From Methanothrix harundinacea (lineage in GTDB: Archaea; Halobacteriota; Methanosarcinia; Methanotrichales; Methanotrichaceae): 64,000 bases of DNA. The notes beneath the pieces are model-generated. The model had not been told where the DNA came from and made no database searches. It was given only the letters and a program-made list of their open reading frames with translations. The translations under genes were made by a program, and so were the position numbers. Location of the stretch: contig DAXT01000001.1 of NCBI GenBank assembly GCA_002506535.1, positions 24,165 through 88,164 of the forward strand, given 5' to 3'. Positions within the stretch are counted from its first letter, which is position 1; each line of letters starts with the position of its first letter. Below, piece by piece: positions 29,462-39,166 of the stretch.

Positions 29462-29841
29462 GGCAGAGATATTCAAAATCGGTTAATTTGGTTTAAGATT
29501 TTTATATTTAAGATCACGTATATGCAGTATAATGCCCCAAAGAGATTCCTTTTAGAGGAAAAATTTTTTTATTCAAAGTTATGAATGAATCGTAAGATAT
29601 GATTTCAGGAATCGTATAATGAACGGAAGATATGGACTATAGCTTAATGAGAATACATGCACGTTAATTCGGAACATGCTGGTTTTTGTGTTTCGGGATG
29701 TATCGATGAATCGAGAACGTTTATGCAAAATGATCCAACAAGTCTGCGAACTTGGGAAAATCTATTTAACTAAGTTTGGAGATAAGCTATGGCGATTAGA
29801 GCGGCCTTATTTATAGCAATATAAGGCCGAGTTAAGAAAGG

Positions 29842-32800
29842 ATGTTGATGGTTGGAGGGAGATCGATGAATTGTCGAAGCTGGCCTTACCAGTCGAGGAA
29901 TATAATCCGACTTGCATTAGCATTTTCGTTTGTCCTATTACTAATCGGTCAGGTAGATTGCGCCATTGATATAAATTTTGCAGATAGATATAGTAATCCG
30001 AGTTTCGAGCCCGGTGAAGAGATAGTGATTAAATGGAACGTGGATTCCACAAAAGAATTGGAATACTACACCGTTTCAGTCCACGAAAAAAATACATCAG
30101 CGGAGAAGTGGTCGCATAAATTCATGCCGGGTTTTGATATACAGGAGTCCGAAACACTTCGTATACGAGATGAAGGGCAATATTACGTCCAAATAGCGAC
30201 ACGTCCAACTGATCCCCACCTTCCTCCGGACAGCTATTCCAATGCCTTCTCAGTTACGATTGAAAAAGGAAGCATACTAATTGAGAAATTTTATGATACT
30301 AATGATAATGGCATCATGGACCCTGGTGAGGGGCTTGCAGGTCAGTTCAACGTGGCATTTATTGGCGGAAATCCGCAACAATACTCTACCGATAATGGAA
30401 GTTTGATTATTCCCGACCGAGGGACGGTTGAGCATATTATTGAGGACGTGGGGGTCCAACAGGGATGGCGCACCATCGATCCTAGGAGAACCGTAACAGT
30501 AAAAGCTCGCGAAACGGTAGCGGTTAAATTCAAAACAGTACCAACTCCTGTAATCATATCTGAACTTACGCCGAAACATGATTCTCGATTCAGCTCTAAT
30601 GATGTAAGATTCTCTTGGAAGACATCTGAGAGCAGCACTAGCAAGTTATATTTAAAGGCGGTGGGAGATACGAACTACCGGCTTCTGACCGGAGCCGATG
30701 GATTCGATCATTCAATCGATGCTACAGGTCTCGAACGAAATACTGCTTATGATTTCTATGTTAAGAGTGAGTCGGGGATTAGATCGGGCCAGAGTGAACC
30801 TAGGAGATTCTTTGTAGATAACGGGATTACCTTTGACCCGAGATCATACGAATTTGATATCAATAGGGATTACAACCAACAGAAATTCCTATCTATTACT
30901 AATACGGACTCAAGGGCACATGATCTTCTCGTGGGCATATCTAACCCGTACGAAGATATATATTTGGATTTTGTAGGAAATGGCTCTGCTGGCAGAGAAA
31001 TCAGATTAGAGCCTGGCGAGGCTAGAGATCTTGAACTGGTTATCCATGCCCAGGATGCCATGTCGGAAAGCTACGCCTTGGATGCAAACCTGACGAACCT
31101 CGGCCCAGAGGAAATAGTAGACTACGCCTCGGTCAAAGTGAATGTCAGGCAGCCTAATATCGATTTTGATTTCAGAGAAGTAGGCACCGATCCGTTCACG
31201 CTGACCAAGACGTATAGGATCACAAATCGCAAAGACCCCTTGACGGATCTGAGCGTGATGCCTGATAAGGATCTAGAGAGAAATGTCGTCATTCAGCCCG
31301 TTGTTGAGCATTATTACTTGGGAACTGGGGAATCTATCGAATTCTCTGTTAGTCCTCTATGGTCAACGGAGATCGGATCGATCAGTGGTACCTTAAGGGC
31401 CTCTGCAGCTAGCTCGAGCAAAGTACTGGATGTAGATTTCTCATGTGATGGGGGGCGGCAGCTTCACCAAGTAATACTCACGCATCCTATATTGTACTTC
31501 GATCTTAAGAGCCTCTACTGCACCAACGCATGTCCTCTTGGAGGTACGTTCAACCTGCCTCCAGGGCTTACTTCTGACAAGGTAGTATATGCTCGAATAA
31601 ATCTGGAGCTCAATTCGGAAGATCTGAATAAACAGTTGAGAAGATACAGTACCTGGATAAATATCAACGACCACTTGGTTGGGAGGTTGGATAATACCAT
31701 CCCGTCTGGACATCACGTGTTTGAAATCGACCCAGCTCATTTCAACTACGCGATGGCAGGTTCCGCCTCAAACAGTTATACTCTGGATTCGGATATAACT
31801 CGATCTTACTTAACAATGCTATCCAACATCAGAGTAATAATATGCGTGGATGAGCTGAGGCTATACATCTGTGCTGAAAACCAGCAGGATGCAGAAAAGA
31901 TTGCATGGACAGCTCCTTGGATTTACAGACCATCCGAAGAAATTGATGCAGATATCATCTCGCCTGAAAGCGGTGAATGGGTGGAAGAAGGCAAACCTGT
32001 GATTATAAAAGCAAAAATTTTGGGTGATGAAGGGCGAGAGGAGAAGCATTGCACCGTTATAGCAACAATTAGCGATAGCGATCACCAGATATATCTGGTA
32101 GATAACGGGCGGCATGGCGATGGTCAGGCGGATGATGGGATCTATGCCAACACGTGGACCCCTCATAAAACCGGCGTCTTTGAGATAGGTGTGAGGGCGA
32201 GCAACTGCGCAAGCGAGGGAACGGCATCTATGCAGGTCGGTGTAACGAGCCGGAATAGGCTTGAGATCGTGAATTTCCATGATCTTAACAACAACGGCAG
32301 GCAGGATCCCGGTGAAATCGGTCTTTCTGGATGGGAGTTCGCTATCCAAGGTCCTGCCGGTATCGAAACAAAGCTTTCCGATATTGATGGGAGAATTCGC
32401 TATATTTATACTCCTGGGAGATATGTGATTAACCAATCTGTCAAACCTGGATGGTACAGCACCTCTGTTTTCCCAAGAGAGGCGCCACTTGATAGCGGAC
32501 TTGTAACGCTCTATTTCGGAGTCGATGAGCTAAAGAACCTAAATATTTATCTGTTCGAGGATCGAAACAGAAATGGCTTGCTCGATTCTGGAGAGTCAGG
32601 AATACCCAACCGAGAATTTAGAATCGTCAGCCAAAACGGATCCAATGAAATCATGTACACCGATTCGGAGGGCAAGATCGTATACGAGGTCCGCTCCAAC
32701 AGCAGATACACGGTATCAGAGACGTTGCCCTTGGGATGGTACAATTCGACCCCAACGAAACAGACCGCAGAGGTAGGCCTTAGCGACTTGAATCTGTTTT

Positions 32801-34254
32801 TCGGAGATTATCAGTTACCTCCTGTCATAGAGGTCCAGGCGTACGATGACATCAACTGCGACGGGATATGGGATCATCCGAAAGAGACAGGTGTAGCCAA
32901 TAGGGTCTTTAGAATCGTTGGCCCTGAGGACTTAATCGATACGATAGTAACGAACGAGGACGGGTATGCTTATTACTTATGTCCTAGCCCTGGGAATTAT
33001 ACGATTGAAGAGATTGAGTCATCCTGCTGGTGCAATACAACCTCATCCACCGTACGCACCTTTGAGATGAAGATGGGAGATCGTACAAGGGAGGTTTTCG
33101 GCAGCTACGAATGTTGTTCTCAATGCGTATGTATGCCACCAGTGGAATCAACGATGTTTAGATTTGGCGATCTCGACGTCACGAAGTCTATAAGACCCCA
33201 CATTTTATATCCCAATCAGATCAACTCTAAAAATGGGTCCGTTATAAATTACACACTACAAGTTAGCGTTAGGCCCAAGATGCCACCGACGGATCTGGTG
33301 ATCGCAGTTGACACATCGAACAGCCTTTTGAAAGCGGGTCAAAAAGCCCGCGATGATACAAAGAAGGGCATAACAAGGTTCATAGAAGCAAACAGAGGCA
33401 GCCCGGATCTAAGGATAGGGTTGGCCTCCTGGGATGAAGATATCGATTTCTCAGTGGGACCAACAGACAACTATACTGCTCTCATGGAAGCTGTTGATAA
33501 CCTCGAAGCAAACCACCTGGAGGCAGCAGATTATCAGGTCGGAATAGAAGCCGCCCTTGATGCATTCGGGAAATCTCCCAGCGATGCCAGGAAGGTGGTC
33601 GTCTTCATAACCTATGCTCAAGATGAATACGGATCATTCGAGAATTATGCGGCTCTTGATGAGCACGTTATCTACGCGATCGCGATCGTTCCAGGAAATC
33701 TCGACGAGGCTTATGAGCAGATGCTAGCTGACATCACCAGAGAGCATCGCGGAGAACTGATAATCTTGGAGGATCCGGAGAGGATCGAATCAAGCCTAAT
33801 CAGATTGACTTCGGAGAAGCTTCTGGCTACCAGATATCTGGAGAACGTGCAGGTGATCGATTCGCTTCCGAGCTATCTGAGCCCGATAGATGGGACTTTC
33901 ACAAGGGAGCCCTCTGATATCAGGATAAACGACGACGGAAGAAGCTGGAAAACGAAGACGATGGTGTGGGATATAGCCAACCTATCTTCAGATGGGGGAT
34001 GGAATACATCTTATGATGTCCTATTCTGCTGGAGAATCCAAGGGAATGTTTACCAGAAACTCGATTCGCCGAGGGTGACATCTGAGATCATTTACACCGA
34101 CCTAGAATCAGGTGCCATGAGGCGCCTCCCAGTACCAGAAGGAGGAATTTGGATAATGCCACATCCACTCGAAAAGCCTTCTGGAATCCCAGGCTTTGGA
34201 ATATTGATGTCAGTAGTAATATTTTTAATAACGATACGCATATTTAGGAAGTAA
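29842..34254 (+). CDS. Giant cell-surface protein: signal peptide, SdrD-B-like repeats, vWA domain and a PGF-CTERM-like anchor
   Basis: 1470 aa in an AT-rich island. Signal-like N-terminus LALAFSFVLLLIGQVDCA. Four Ca-binding-type repeats: YDTNDNGIMDPGEGLAG, FHDLNNNGRQDPGEIGLSGW, FEDRNRNGLLDSGESGIPN, YDDINCDGIWDHPKETGVAN. vWA MIDAS motif DLVIAVDTSNS (33310-33324). C-terminus PSGIPGFGILMSVVIFLITIRIFRK. Confidence 0.85.
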   Translation: MLMVGGRSMNCRSWPYQSRNIIRLALAFSFVLLLIGQVDCAIDINFADRYSNPSFEPGEEIVIKWNVDSTKELEYYTVSVHEKNTSAEKWSHKFMPGFDIQESETLRIRDEGQYYVQIATRPTDPHLPPDSYSNAFSVTIEKGSILIEKFYDTNDNGIMDPGEGLAGQFNVAFIGGNPQQYSTDNGSLIIPDRGTVEHIIEDVGVQQGWRTIDPRRTVTVKARETVAVKFKTVPTPVIISELTPKHDSRFSSNDVRFSWKTSESSTSKLYLKAVGDTNYRLLTGADGFDHSIDATGLERNTAYDFYVKSESGIRSGQSEPRRFFVDNGITFDPRSYEFDINRDYNQQKFLSITNTDSRAHDLLVGISNPYEDIYLDFVGNGSAGREIRLEPGEARDLELVIHAQDAMSESYALDANLTNLGPEEIVDYASVKVNVRQPNIDFDFREVGTDPFTLTKTYRITNRKDPLTDLSVMPDKDLERNVVIQPVVEHYYLGTGESIEFSVSPLWSTEIGSISGTLRASAASSSKVLDVDFSCDGGRQLHQVILTHPILYFDLKSLYCTNACPLGGTFNLPPGLTSDKVVYARINLELNSEDLNKQLRRYSTWININDHLVGRLDNTIPSGHHVFEIDPAHFNYAMAGSASNSYTLDSDITRSYLTMLSNIRVIICVDELRLYICAENQQDAEKIAWTAPWIYRPSEEIDADIISPESGEWVEEGKPVIIKAKILGDEGREEKHCTVIATISDSDHQIYLVDNGRHGDGQADDGIYANTWTPHKTGVFEIGVRASNCASEGTASMQVGVTSRNRLEIVNFHDLNNNGRQDPGEIGLSGWEFAIQGPAGIETKLSDIDGRIRYIYTPGRYVINQSVKPGWYSTSVFPREAPLDSGLVTLYFGVDELKNLNIYLFEDRNRNGLLDSGESGIPNREFRIVSQNGSNEIMYTDSEGKIVYEVRSNSRYTVSETLPLGWYNSTPTKQTAEVGLSDLNLFFGDYQLPPVIEVQAYDDINCDGIWDHPKETGVANRVFRIVGPEDLIDTIVTNEDGYAYYLCPSPGNYTIEEIESSCWCNTTSSTVRTFEMKMGDRTREVFGSYECCSQCVCMPPVESTMFRFGDLDVTKSIRPHILYPNQINSKNGSVINYTLQVSVRPKMPPTDLVIAVDTSNSLLKAGQKARDDTKKGITRFIEANRGSPDLRIGLASWDEDIDFSVGPTDNYTALMEAVDNLEANHLEAADYQVGIEAALDAFGKSPSDARKVVVFITYAQDEYGSFENYAALDEHVIYAIAIVPGNLDEAYEQMLADITREHRGELIILEDPERIESSLIRLTSEKLLATRYLENVQVIDSLPSYLSPIDGTFTREPSDIRINDDGRSWKTKTMVWDIANLSSDGGWNTSYDVLFCWRIQGNVYQKLDSPRVTSEIIYTDLESGAMRRLPVPEGGIWIMPHPLEKPSGIPGFGILMSVVIFLITIRIFRK

Positions 34255-34302
34255 TAAGCTGCTGACATATACATTTCAATATTTTTACAAAGAGGAACTT
34301 GT

Positions 34303-35112
34303 ATGGACGGTGGGAACGTAGCGCATAGTACGAGAGATATTGGGTGGTTTTTGGACCAGCTCAAAATTGGACTATTAATATATATAGTAGTACAGGTCCC
34401 TTCATATTTAAGCTCTATTTCTATTGTATTTTCAATTATAATTGCAATTATATTTATTATAATTTTTTCATTACTTCCTATAAACACTATAAATCGTATG
34501 ATACCCTGCGCTCGCGATAAAATAAATCGTATGATTTTTTATCTGGGACTTTCTATTGCTGTTGTTATCACCTCGATATTCATTTGGGGATTTAGTTACG
34601 GTTCTGTAATACCATTAATGTTTTTATTAATGTTGCTAATTATAGCACTTAAATCTACTCAAATTTTTAATTTTACCAGTGCAAAGCTGAATTTAATTTT
34701 GCACAGAATAGCAGCGTATAGTATTATCCTTTCTTTAGCCACAAGTGCTGCACCGATTGTTGGGGAATTCGATGAATTTAATAAGGATAGAACGAATAAT
34801 GCTTTATCTTATCAATTAATAATCAAGAACGAATGCAATTTTCCGATCAATTACGAGATTCGAGGAATCAATATAGACTTGATGCCTGGAAAATACCAAA
34901 GTGTTCCAGCTCCACCATACATTTTAATCGTGGCACATCATGGATCATATATTTCTGTCTGCGACTCTAATGGAATACTAAATCAAATTTTTAAAATACC
35001 ACCTAATAAATCTATATTTATATCTATAGATAATCAACCGTTAATTCCTGGAGATCGCAAAGAGATATACCCAGATAAGGATCATGTATTAGTGATAAAA
35101 AGTCGATATTGA
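34303..35112 (+). CDS. Hypothetical polytopic membrane protein with a C-terminal soluble domain
   Basis: 269 aa and extremely AT-rich. About 5 hydrophobic helices precede a roughly 110-aa non-hydrophobic tail. It lies 48 nt downstream of the surface protein on the same strand. Confidence 0.6.
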   Translation: MDGGNVAHSTRDIGWFLDQLKIGLLIYIVVQVPSYLSSISIVFSIIIAIIFIIIFSLLPINTINRMIPCARDKINRMIFYLGLSIAVVITSIFIWGFSYGSVIPLMFLLMLLIIALKSTQIFNFTSAKLNLILHRIAAYSIILSLATSAAPIVGEFDEFNKDRTNNALSYQLIIKNECNFPINYEIRGINIDLMPGKYQSVPAPPYILIVAHHGSYISVCDSNGILNQIFKIPPNKSIFISIDNQPLIPGDRKEIYPDKDHVLVIKSRY

Positions 35113-35387
35113 CCTTTAATCCGGAGACGACTGAATTTGTTCTTCAGTTTTGTTTCGCGATTAGGTCTGCATGTAGCAACTTCACGATTCGGCCTGGCAA
35201 CTTTCAGGATAATATTCGGAACGACAACTTACAATCGATGTCGGATAATATTCAGAGGAGAAAGTAGATTTGCGGTTGTCTCTAATCGATCGCCTCCTCC
35301 GCCAAGAGAATATACTTTGACCGAACATTACGAAAATGTGCCCAGAAGAATTTCGATTATCAGCACACGCGCCCGGAGGCTCCGATC

Positions 35388-36464
35388 GTGCCCAAGCTGA
35401 AGATCCGGGGCGGGGACCTGGACCTGGTGGAGTACGAGTTCAGCCCCTTCTCCCCCGGCGAGAAAGTCAACACCATGGGGATCGGAAAGGACCGCAAGCT
35501 TGGGCCGATCGAGGGGAAGGTGAGGGTGACGGCGCCGGGGAGGATCCACCTCACCGTCCTGGACATGAACCGCTTCGCCCCCAACAGGCCCGGCGGCGGC
35601 GGGGTCGGCTTCGCCCTCTCGATTTACTGCTTTGCGGAGGTGGAGTGCACGCCTGGGAAGACCGAGATCGACTACTCCCGGGAGCCGATCGTCCGCCACT
35701 TCGTCGCCGTCTTCAAGGAGGCGATCGGCTACTCCGGCGGCTTTTTGATCAAGGTGAGGGATCACGACCAAAAGCACGTCGGCCTCGGCTCCACCGGATC
35801 GGTCCTGGTCGCCCTGGCCAACGCCATGAACGAGGCCCTCGGGGGACCTCTGACAAAAGACGAGATCCGCCTGCTCATCGGTAACAACTACGTCGAGGAG
35901 ACGGAGGACGGCCGCGTGACTTTGGGCTTTGAGACCGGCGTCGGCCCCGCCGCCGTCACCTACGGCGGGATGGCGGTGATGGGCGACGAGCTCTCCCTCG
36001 CCTACCACCACCCCTTTGCCGAAGGAAAGAACGTCTTCGTCATCATCCCCGAGACGACCGTCTCCTCCTCAGGAAGGGCGGAGTTCGACCTCCTGATGAA
36101 CCGGGCCCGTAACCTCGACTACCAGGACCGGGAGCTGAAGGCCTACTTCATCCTCATGGACCTGATCCCCGCCCTGGAGCGAGGGGATTTGAAGAGGATC
36201 GGGGAGGTCATCTGGGAGATCGAGTTTCGGGGCTCGAAGCGGGCGGAGGTCGAGCACCACGGATTTCTCATCTACCAGCACATGAGCCGCCTGCGGGAGG
36301 AGGGCCTGGAGTTCGTCGGGATGAGTTCAGTCGGGCCGTCGATCGCCGTCGTGACGGAGCGGTCGGAGAAAGAGATGGCCGAGATCCTGGAGCCGATGGG
36401 CCTTTCGATCGCCATATCGACGAAGGTCGACAACGTCGGCCTGAAGGTGGAGAGGATCGGGTAG
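35388..36464 (+). CDS. Beta-ribofuranosylaminobenzene 5'-phosphate synthase-like GHMP-kinase-fold protein (methanopterin pathway family)
   Basis: 358 aa, GTG start. RIHLTVLDMNRF...GGGGVGFAL and GLGSTGSVLVA (GHMP motif-like) are present. The first roughly 30-45 aa may be a start-site over-extension. Confidence 0.7.
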   Translation: MPKLKIRGGDLDLVEYEFSPFSPGEKVNTMGIGKDRKLGPIEGKVRVTAPGRIHLTVLDMNRFAPNRPGGGGVGFALSIYCFAEVECTPGKTEIDYSREPIVRHFVAVFKEAIGYSGGFLIKVRDHDQKHVGLGSTGSVLVALANAMNEALGGPLTKDEIRLLIGNNYVEETEDGRVTLGFETGVGPAAVTYGGMAVMGDELSLAYHHPFAEGKNVFVIIPETTVSSSGRAEFDLLMNRARNLDYQDRELKAYFILMDLIPALERGDLKRIGEVIWEIEFRGSKRAEVEHHGFLIYQHMSRLREEGLEFVGMSSVGPSIAVVTERSEKEMAEILEPMGLSIAISTKVDNVGLKVERIG

Positions 36465-36517
36465 GAGCCGCCGCCCGCGACCCATCCCCCATCATGAGTT
36501 AGAGTTTTATTGGCCCC

Positions 36518-37396
36518 TCAATCCAAAGGCACCGGAAGCTTCTCCTCCGGCCCATAAGGAAGGGTCGCCCTATGCATGACGAGGCTCTCGTCGAAATGCA
36601 AAGCCCGATTAAGAACCAGCCGCTTTCCCATATCGGTGAGGGCGTAGACCGGTATCGAGATCCCGATCTGAAGCTTTGCCCGCCTTCCCACGACCTCCCG
36701 GACCTCCCGCGAGGCGCAGGCCCAGACGACGTCGCAGGTCTCGGCAAGGAGGCGGGCGCCCTCCTCAGATACGCCGAGGTTGTGGACCGCGAAGATGACC
36801 GGCCCCTCCCCCGACGCCGACCCACCCGCCGAAGCTACAGCCGTCTTTCTGATCTCTCCGGCCTCGAAGGCCCTCCTTCCGGTGATGGTGACGACGACCC
36901 TCTCAAAACCCGCGGCAAGAGCCCTTCTGTACCCCTCGACCTGATCGATGGTGCCCCGGTCGTCGAGGAGGATGCACCCCCTCTCGAGCAGGCCCGACTG
37001 GACCTCCTCGATCGGCTCGGTCTTCGCGAGGCCGGTCATGTGGGCGCCGATGGCCGCCACCACCTCCGGCCTCGCTGCGACGACCGTCCCCGCCCCCTCG
37101 CAGACGACGACGGCGGCATCGACGAGACCCGATCTCATGGCGTCGGCGATCATCTCCGAGGCGCCGAAGCTGACGGGCCGCTCGGTTAACTCTAAAACCC
37201 GGTCGGGGCCGTACATCCCGAGCTCCTCCATGTGGCCTCTCAGGACCGCCTCGACGGTCTCTTTCGACTCCTCACCGATCCCGTAGAGGCCGCTTCGAAG
37301 GGGACACCATTTGACCTTCGGGTCCGTCAGGACCTCGATCTCTCCGTCCGTCACCCTCACCAGGGCTCCGGCCATCTCCACCAGATGCTCAGCCAA
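36518..37396 (-). CDS. Conserved archaeal protein, DUF2099 / methanogenesis-marker-8-like
   Basis: 292 aa with native composition. The family assignment is from memory of the pattern (...CPL...GI...FGASE...AAVVVCEGAGTV...) and is not verified. Confidence 0.5.
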   Translation of the reverse strand: MAEHLVEMAGALVRVTDGEIEVLTDPKVKWCPLRSGLYGIGEESKETVEAVLRGHMEELGMYGPDRVLELTERPVSFGASEMIADAMRSGLVDAAVVVCEGAGTVVAARPEVVAAIGAHMTGLAKTEPIEEVQSGLLERGCILLDDRGTIDQVEGYRRALAAGFERVVVTITGRRAFEAGEIRKTAVASAGGSASGEGPVIFAVHNLGVSEEGARLLAETCDVVWACASREVREVVGRRAKLQIGISIPVYALTDMGKRLVLNRALHFDESLVMHRATLPYGPEEKLPVPLD

Positions 37397-37426
37397 AGAG
37401 ATCGACCTTATGAATATAGGAGGTGG

Positions 37427-37831
37427 TCATAACTGATCGTCCGGGACGAACCTGAGGGCGACGGAGTTGATGCAGTACCGTAGCCCCGTCGGGGGCGGCC
37501 CGTCCTCGAAGACGTGGCCGAGGTGGGAGTCGCACCTCCCGCAGATCACCTCGACCCTCACCATCCCATAGCCCTCGTCCTTGCGCTCCGTGACGGCATC
37601 TTCGGTGATCGGCTCCACGAAGCTCGGCCAACCCGACCCGGAATCGAACTTCCTCTCCGAGGAGAAGAGGTCGTTTCCGCAAGCTACACACCGGTAGATC
37701 CCCTTCCCCTTGAAATCGTAGTATTTGCCGGAGAAGGGAGGCTCCGTCCCATGCTTCCTGGTGACGATGTACTCCTCCCTGGTGAGGAGCCTCTTCCACC
37801 CCTCGTCGGTCTTTACCACCTTCTCGACCAT
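37427..37831 (-). CDS. msrB: Peptide-methionine (R)-S-oxide reductase
   Basis: 134 aa; CxxC pairs (CVACGNDLF, CGRCDSHLGHVF) and GWPSF. Confidence 0.95.
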   Translation of the reverse strand: MVEKVVKTDEGWKRLLTREEYIVTRKHGTEPPFSGKYYDFKGKGIYRCVACGNDLFSSERKFDSGSGWPSFVEPITEDAVTERKDEGYGMVRVEVICGRCDSHLGHVFEDGPPPTGLRYCINSVALRFVPDDQL

Positions 37832-37940
37832 CAGAATACCAACCTCGGACCTCGATATTTAACGCCATTTCTGCCCGGCGGCTCCCATCGCCTCCGCCTC
37901 CCGCCTCGGCTCCCACCGTCCAGCCTCGATGGCGGCCCCC

Positions 37941-38462
37941 TCATCCCCAGCTCTCGAAGGTGACGATATCGTCCCTCTCCTTCCGGAGCCTGGCGGAGGG
38001 CTCCTCTGCGGGGTAGCCTATGGGCAGGAGGGCGACGACCCTCACCTCGGGGGGTATCTTCAGGATCCTCTTGACCTCCTCCTCGTAGAAGGCCCCGATC
38101 CAGCATGTGCCCAGCCCCTCCGCCGTCGCCGCGAGGGTCATGTGGTCGACGGCTATGGCGAGGTCGATGGGGTATGTCAGCTGGCCGCAGGTCATGACGT
38201 AATCGGTGACGGTGGCGCAGGCGGCGATCACCACAGGCGCCTCGCCGACGAAGGTCTGGCCCTTGGCAGCCTCGGCGAGCCGCTTGCGCCTCCCCTCGTC
38301 CCGAACGACTACAAACCTCCACTCCTGGAGGTTCTTCGCCGAAGGTGCGAGCCTTCCCGCCTCCAGGACCCGGTCGAGCTTGTCGTTCTCGACCTTCCGG
38401 GGCTGGTACTTCCTGATGCTCCTCCTCCTTCCGATCGCCTCATAGACGTCCATCCCCCTCAC
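37941..38462 (-). CDS. Nitroreductase family protein
   Basis: 173 aa; RRSIRKYQPRKV, APSAKNLQEWRFVVV. Confidence 0.85.
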   Translation of the reverse strand: MRGMDVYEAIGRRRSIRKYQPRKVENDKLDRVLEAGRLAPSAKNLQEWRFVVVRDEGRRKRLAEAAKGQTFVGEAPVVIAACATVTDYVMTCGQLTYPIDLAIAVDHMTLAATAEGLGTCWIGAFYEEEVKRILKIPPEVRVVALLPIGYPAEEPSARLRKERDDIVTFESWG

Positions 38463-38704
38463 ACCCTCTTCTTCAGCTCTTTCGAAATTTCGATCCCCAG
38501 GTCGGTGAAGTTCCAGACGCCGTCCGTCTCCTTCAAGAGCCCCCTTCCTGCGACCTCTTCCAGGGCCCTCCCCACCACGGGGGCAGTGAGCCTGCCGAAC
38601 TTGGCTATCTTCTCGGCGGGCTGGGGCCCCTTCGACTCGAGCACCTCCAATACCTTTATCCTCTGCTTATTTCCCATGACAAAGCCTATCATCTCTTCCA
38701 TCAT
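38459..38704 (-). CDS. Small winged-helix transcriptional regulator
   Basis: 81 aa; NKQRIKVLEVLESKGPQPAEKIAKFGRLTAPVVGRALEEVAGRGLL is wHTH-like. It overlaps the nitroreductase start by 4 nt, suggesting an operon. Confidence 0.65.
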   Translation of the reverse strand: MMEEMIGFVMGNKQRIKVLEVLESKGPQPAEKIAKFGRLTAPVVGRALEEVAGRGLLKETDGVWNFTDLGIEISKELKKRV

Positions 38705-38724
38705 CTCGCTAAACCTCCTTGGTC

Positions 38725-38808
38725 AATCACGGTTAAGATCACGGTTCAGATCACATATCAAATCCCGCATAAAATCGCGGGCCAAATCCCGGGCGAGATC
38801 TTGCGTTA
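38725..38808. repeat. Degenerate 12-nt periodic array (seven units, each starting with ATC)
   Basis: The units are ATCACGGTTAAG / ATCACGGTTCAG / ATCACATATCAAA / ATCCCGCATAAA / ATCGCGGGCCAA / ATCCCGGGCGAG / ATCTTGCGTTAG. ATC occurs at 38725, 38737, 38749, 38762, 38774, 38786 and 38798. The array lies between the wHTH gene start and the SRP RNA gene. Confidence 0.6.
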
Positions 38809-38810
38809 GG

Positions 38811-38818
38811 TTTATGTT
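38811..38818 (+). promoter_or_regulatory. Candidate TATA box for the SRP RNA gene
   Basis: TTTATGTT is centred about 27 nt upstream of the inferred SRP RNA 5' end (38841). Confidence 0.4.
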
Positions 38819-38840
38819 CCACCAAATGACTCTCTTATCC

Positions 38841-39152
38841 GCGGGCTAGTCCGGGTGGTTCGGCGTCACCTGTAACCCGATATCGCCGATATGCGGGGGA
38901 CGAAGCTGGTGGACGACTGAGGGTGTTGCAGGTTCAGTCCAGTTGCTGACTGTGATTCTCCGCCCTGTGGGGACGGCATTGGTGTCCGGGCCTGCCGGAG
39001 GGCAGGTCTGTTCATCTCAACTGCGGGGACCGGTTCAGGCCCGGAAGGGAGCAGACCTACCGCGGATAACCGTCGCTTGCAGACTTGCGGGGAGGAGAAG
39101 GTTTCTGGGTCACCTGGCCTGCGGCATCGCTGGCTACCGCCAGCGCGCCCGC
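38841..39152 (+). ncRNA. Signal recognition particle RNA (archaeal 7S RNA)
   Basis: The 5' GCGGGCUAGUCCGGGUGGUUCGGCGUCACCUGUAACC is typical of the archaeal Alu domain. The helix-8 core is GGUUCAGGCCCGGAAGGGAGCAGAC with a GGAA tetraloop. The termini pair (GCGGGC...GCCCGC). Length is about 312 nt, and no credible ORF covers it. Confidence 0.85.
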
Positions 39153-39166
39153 ATTAAAAAATCAAT

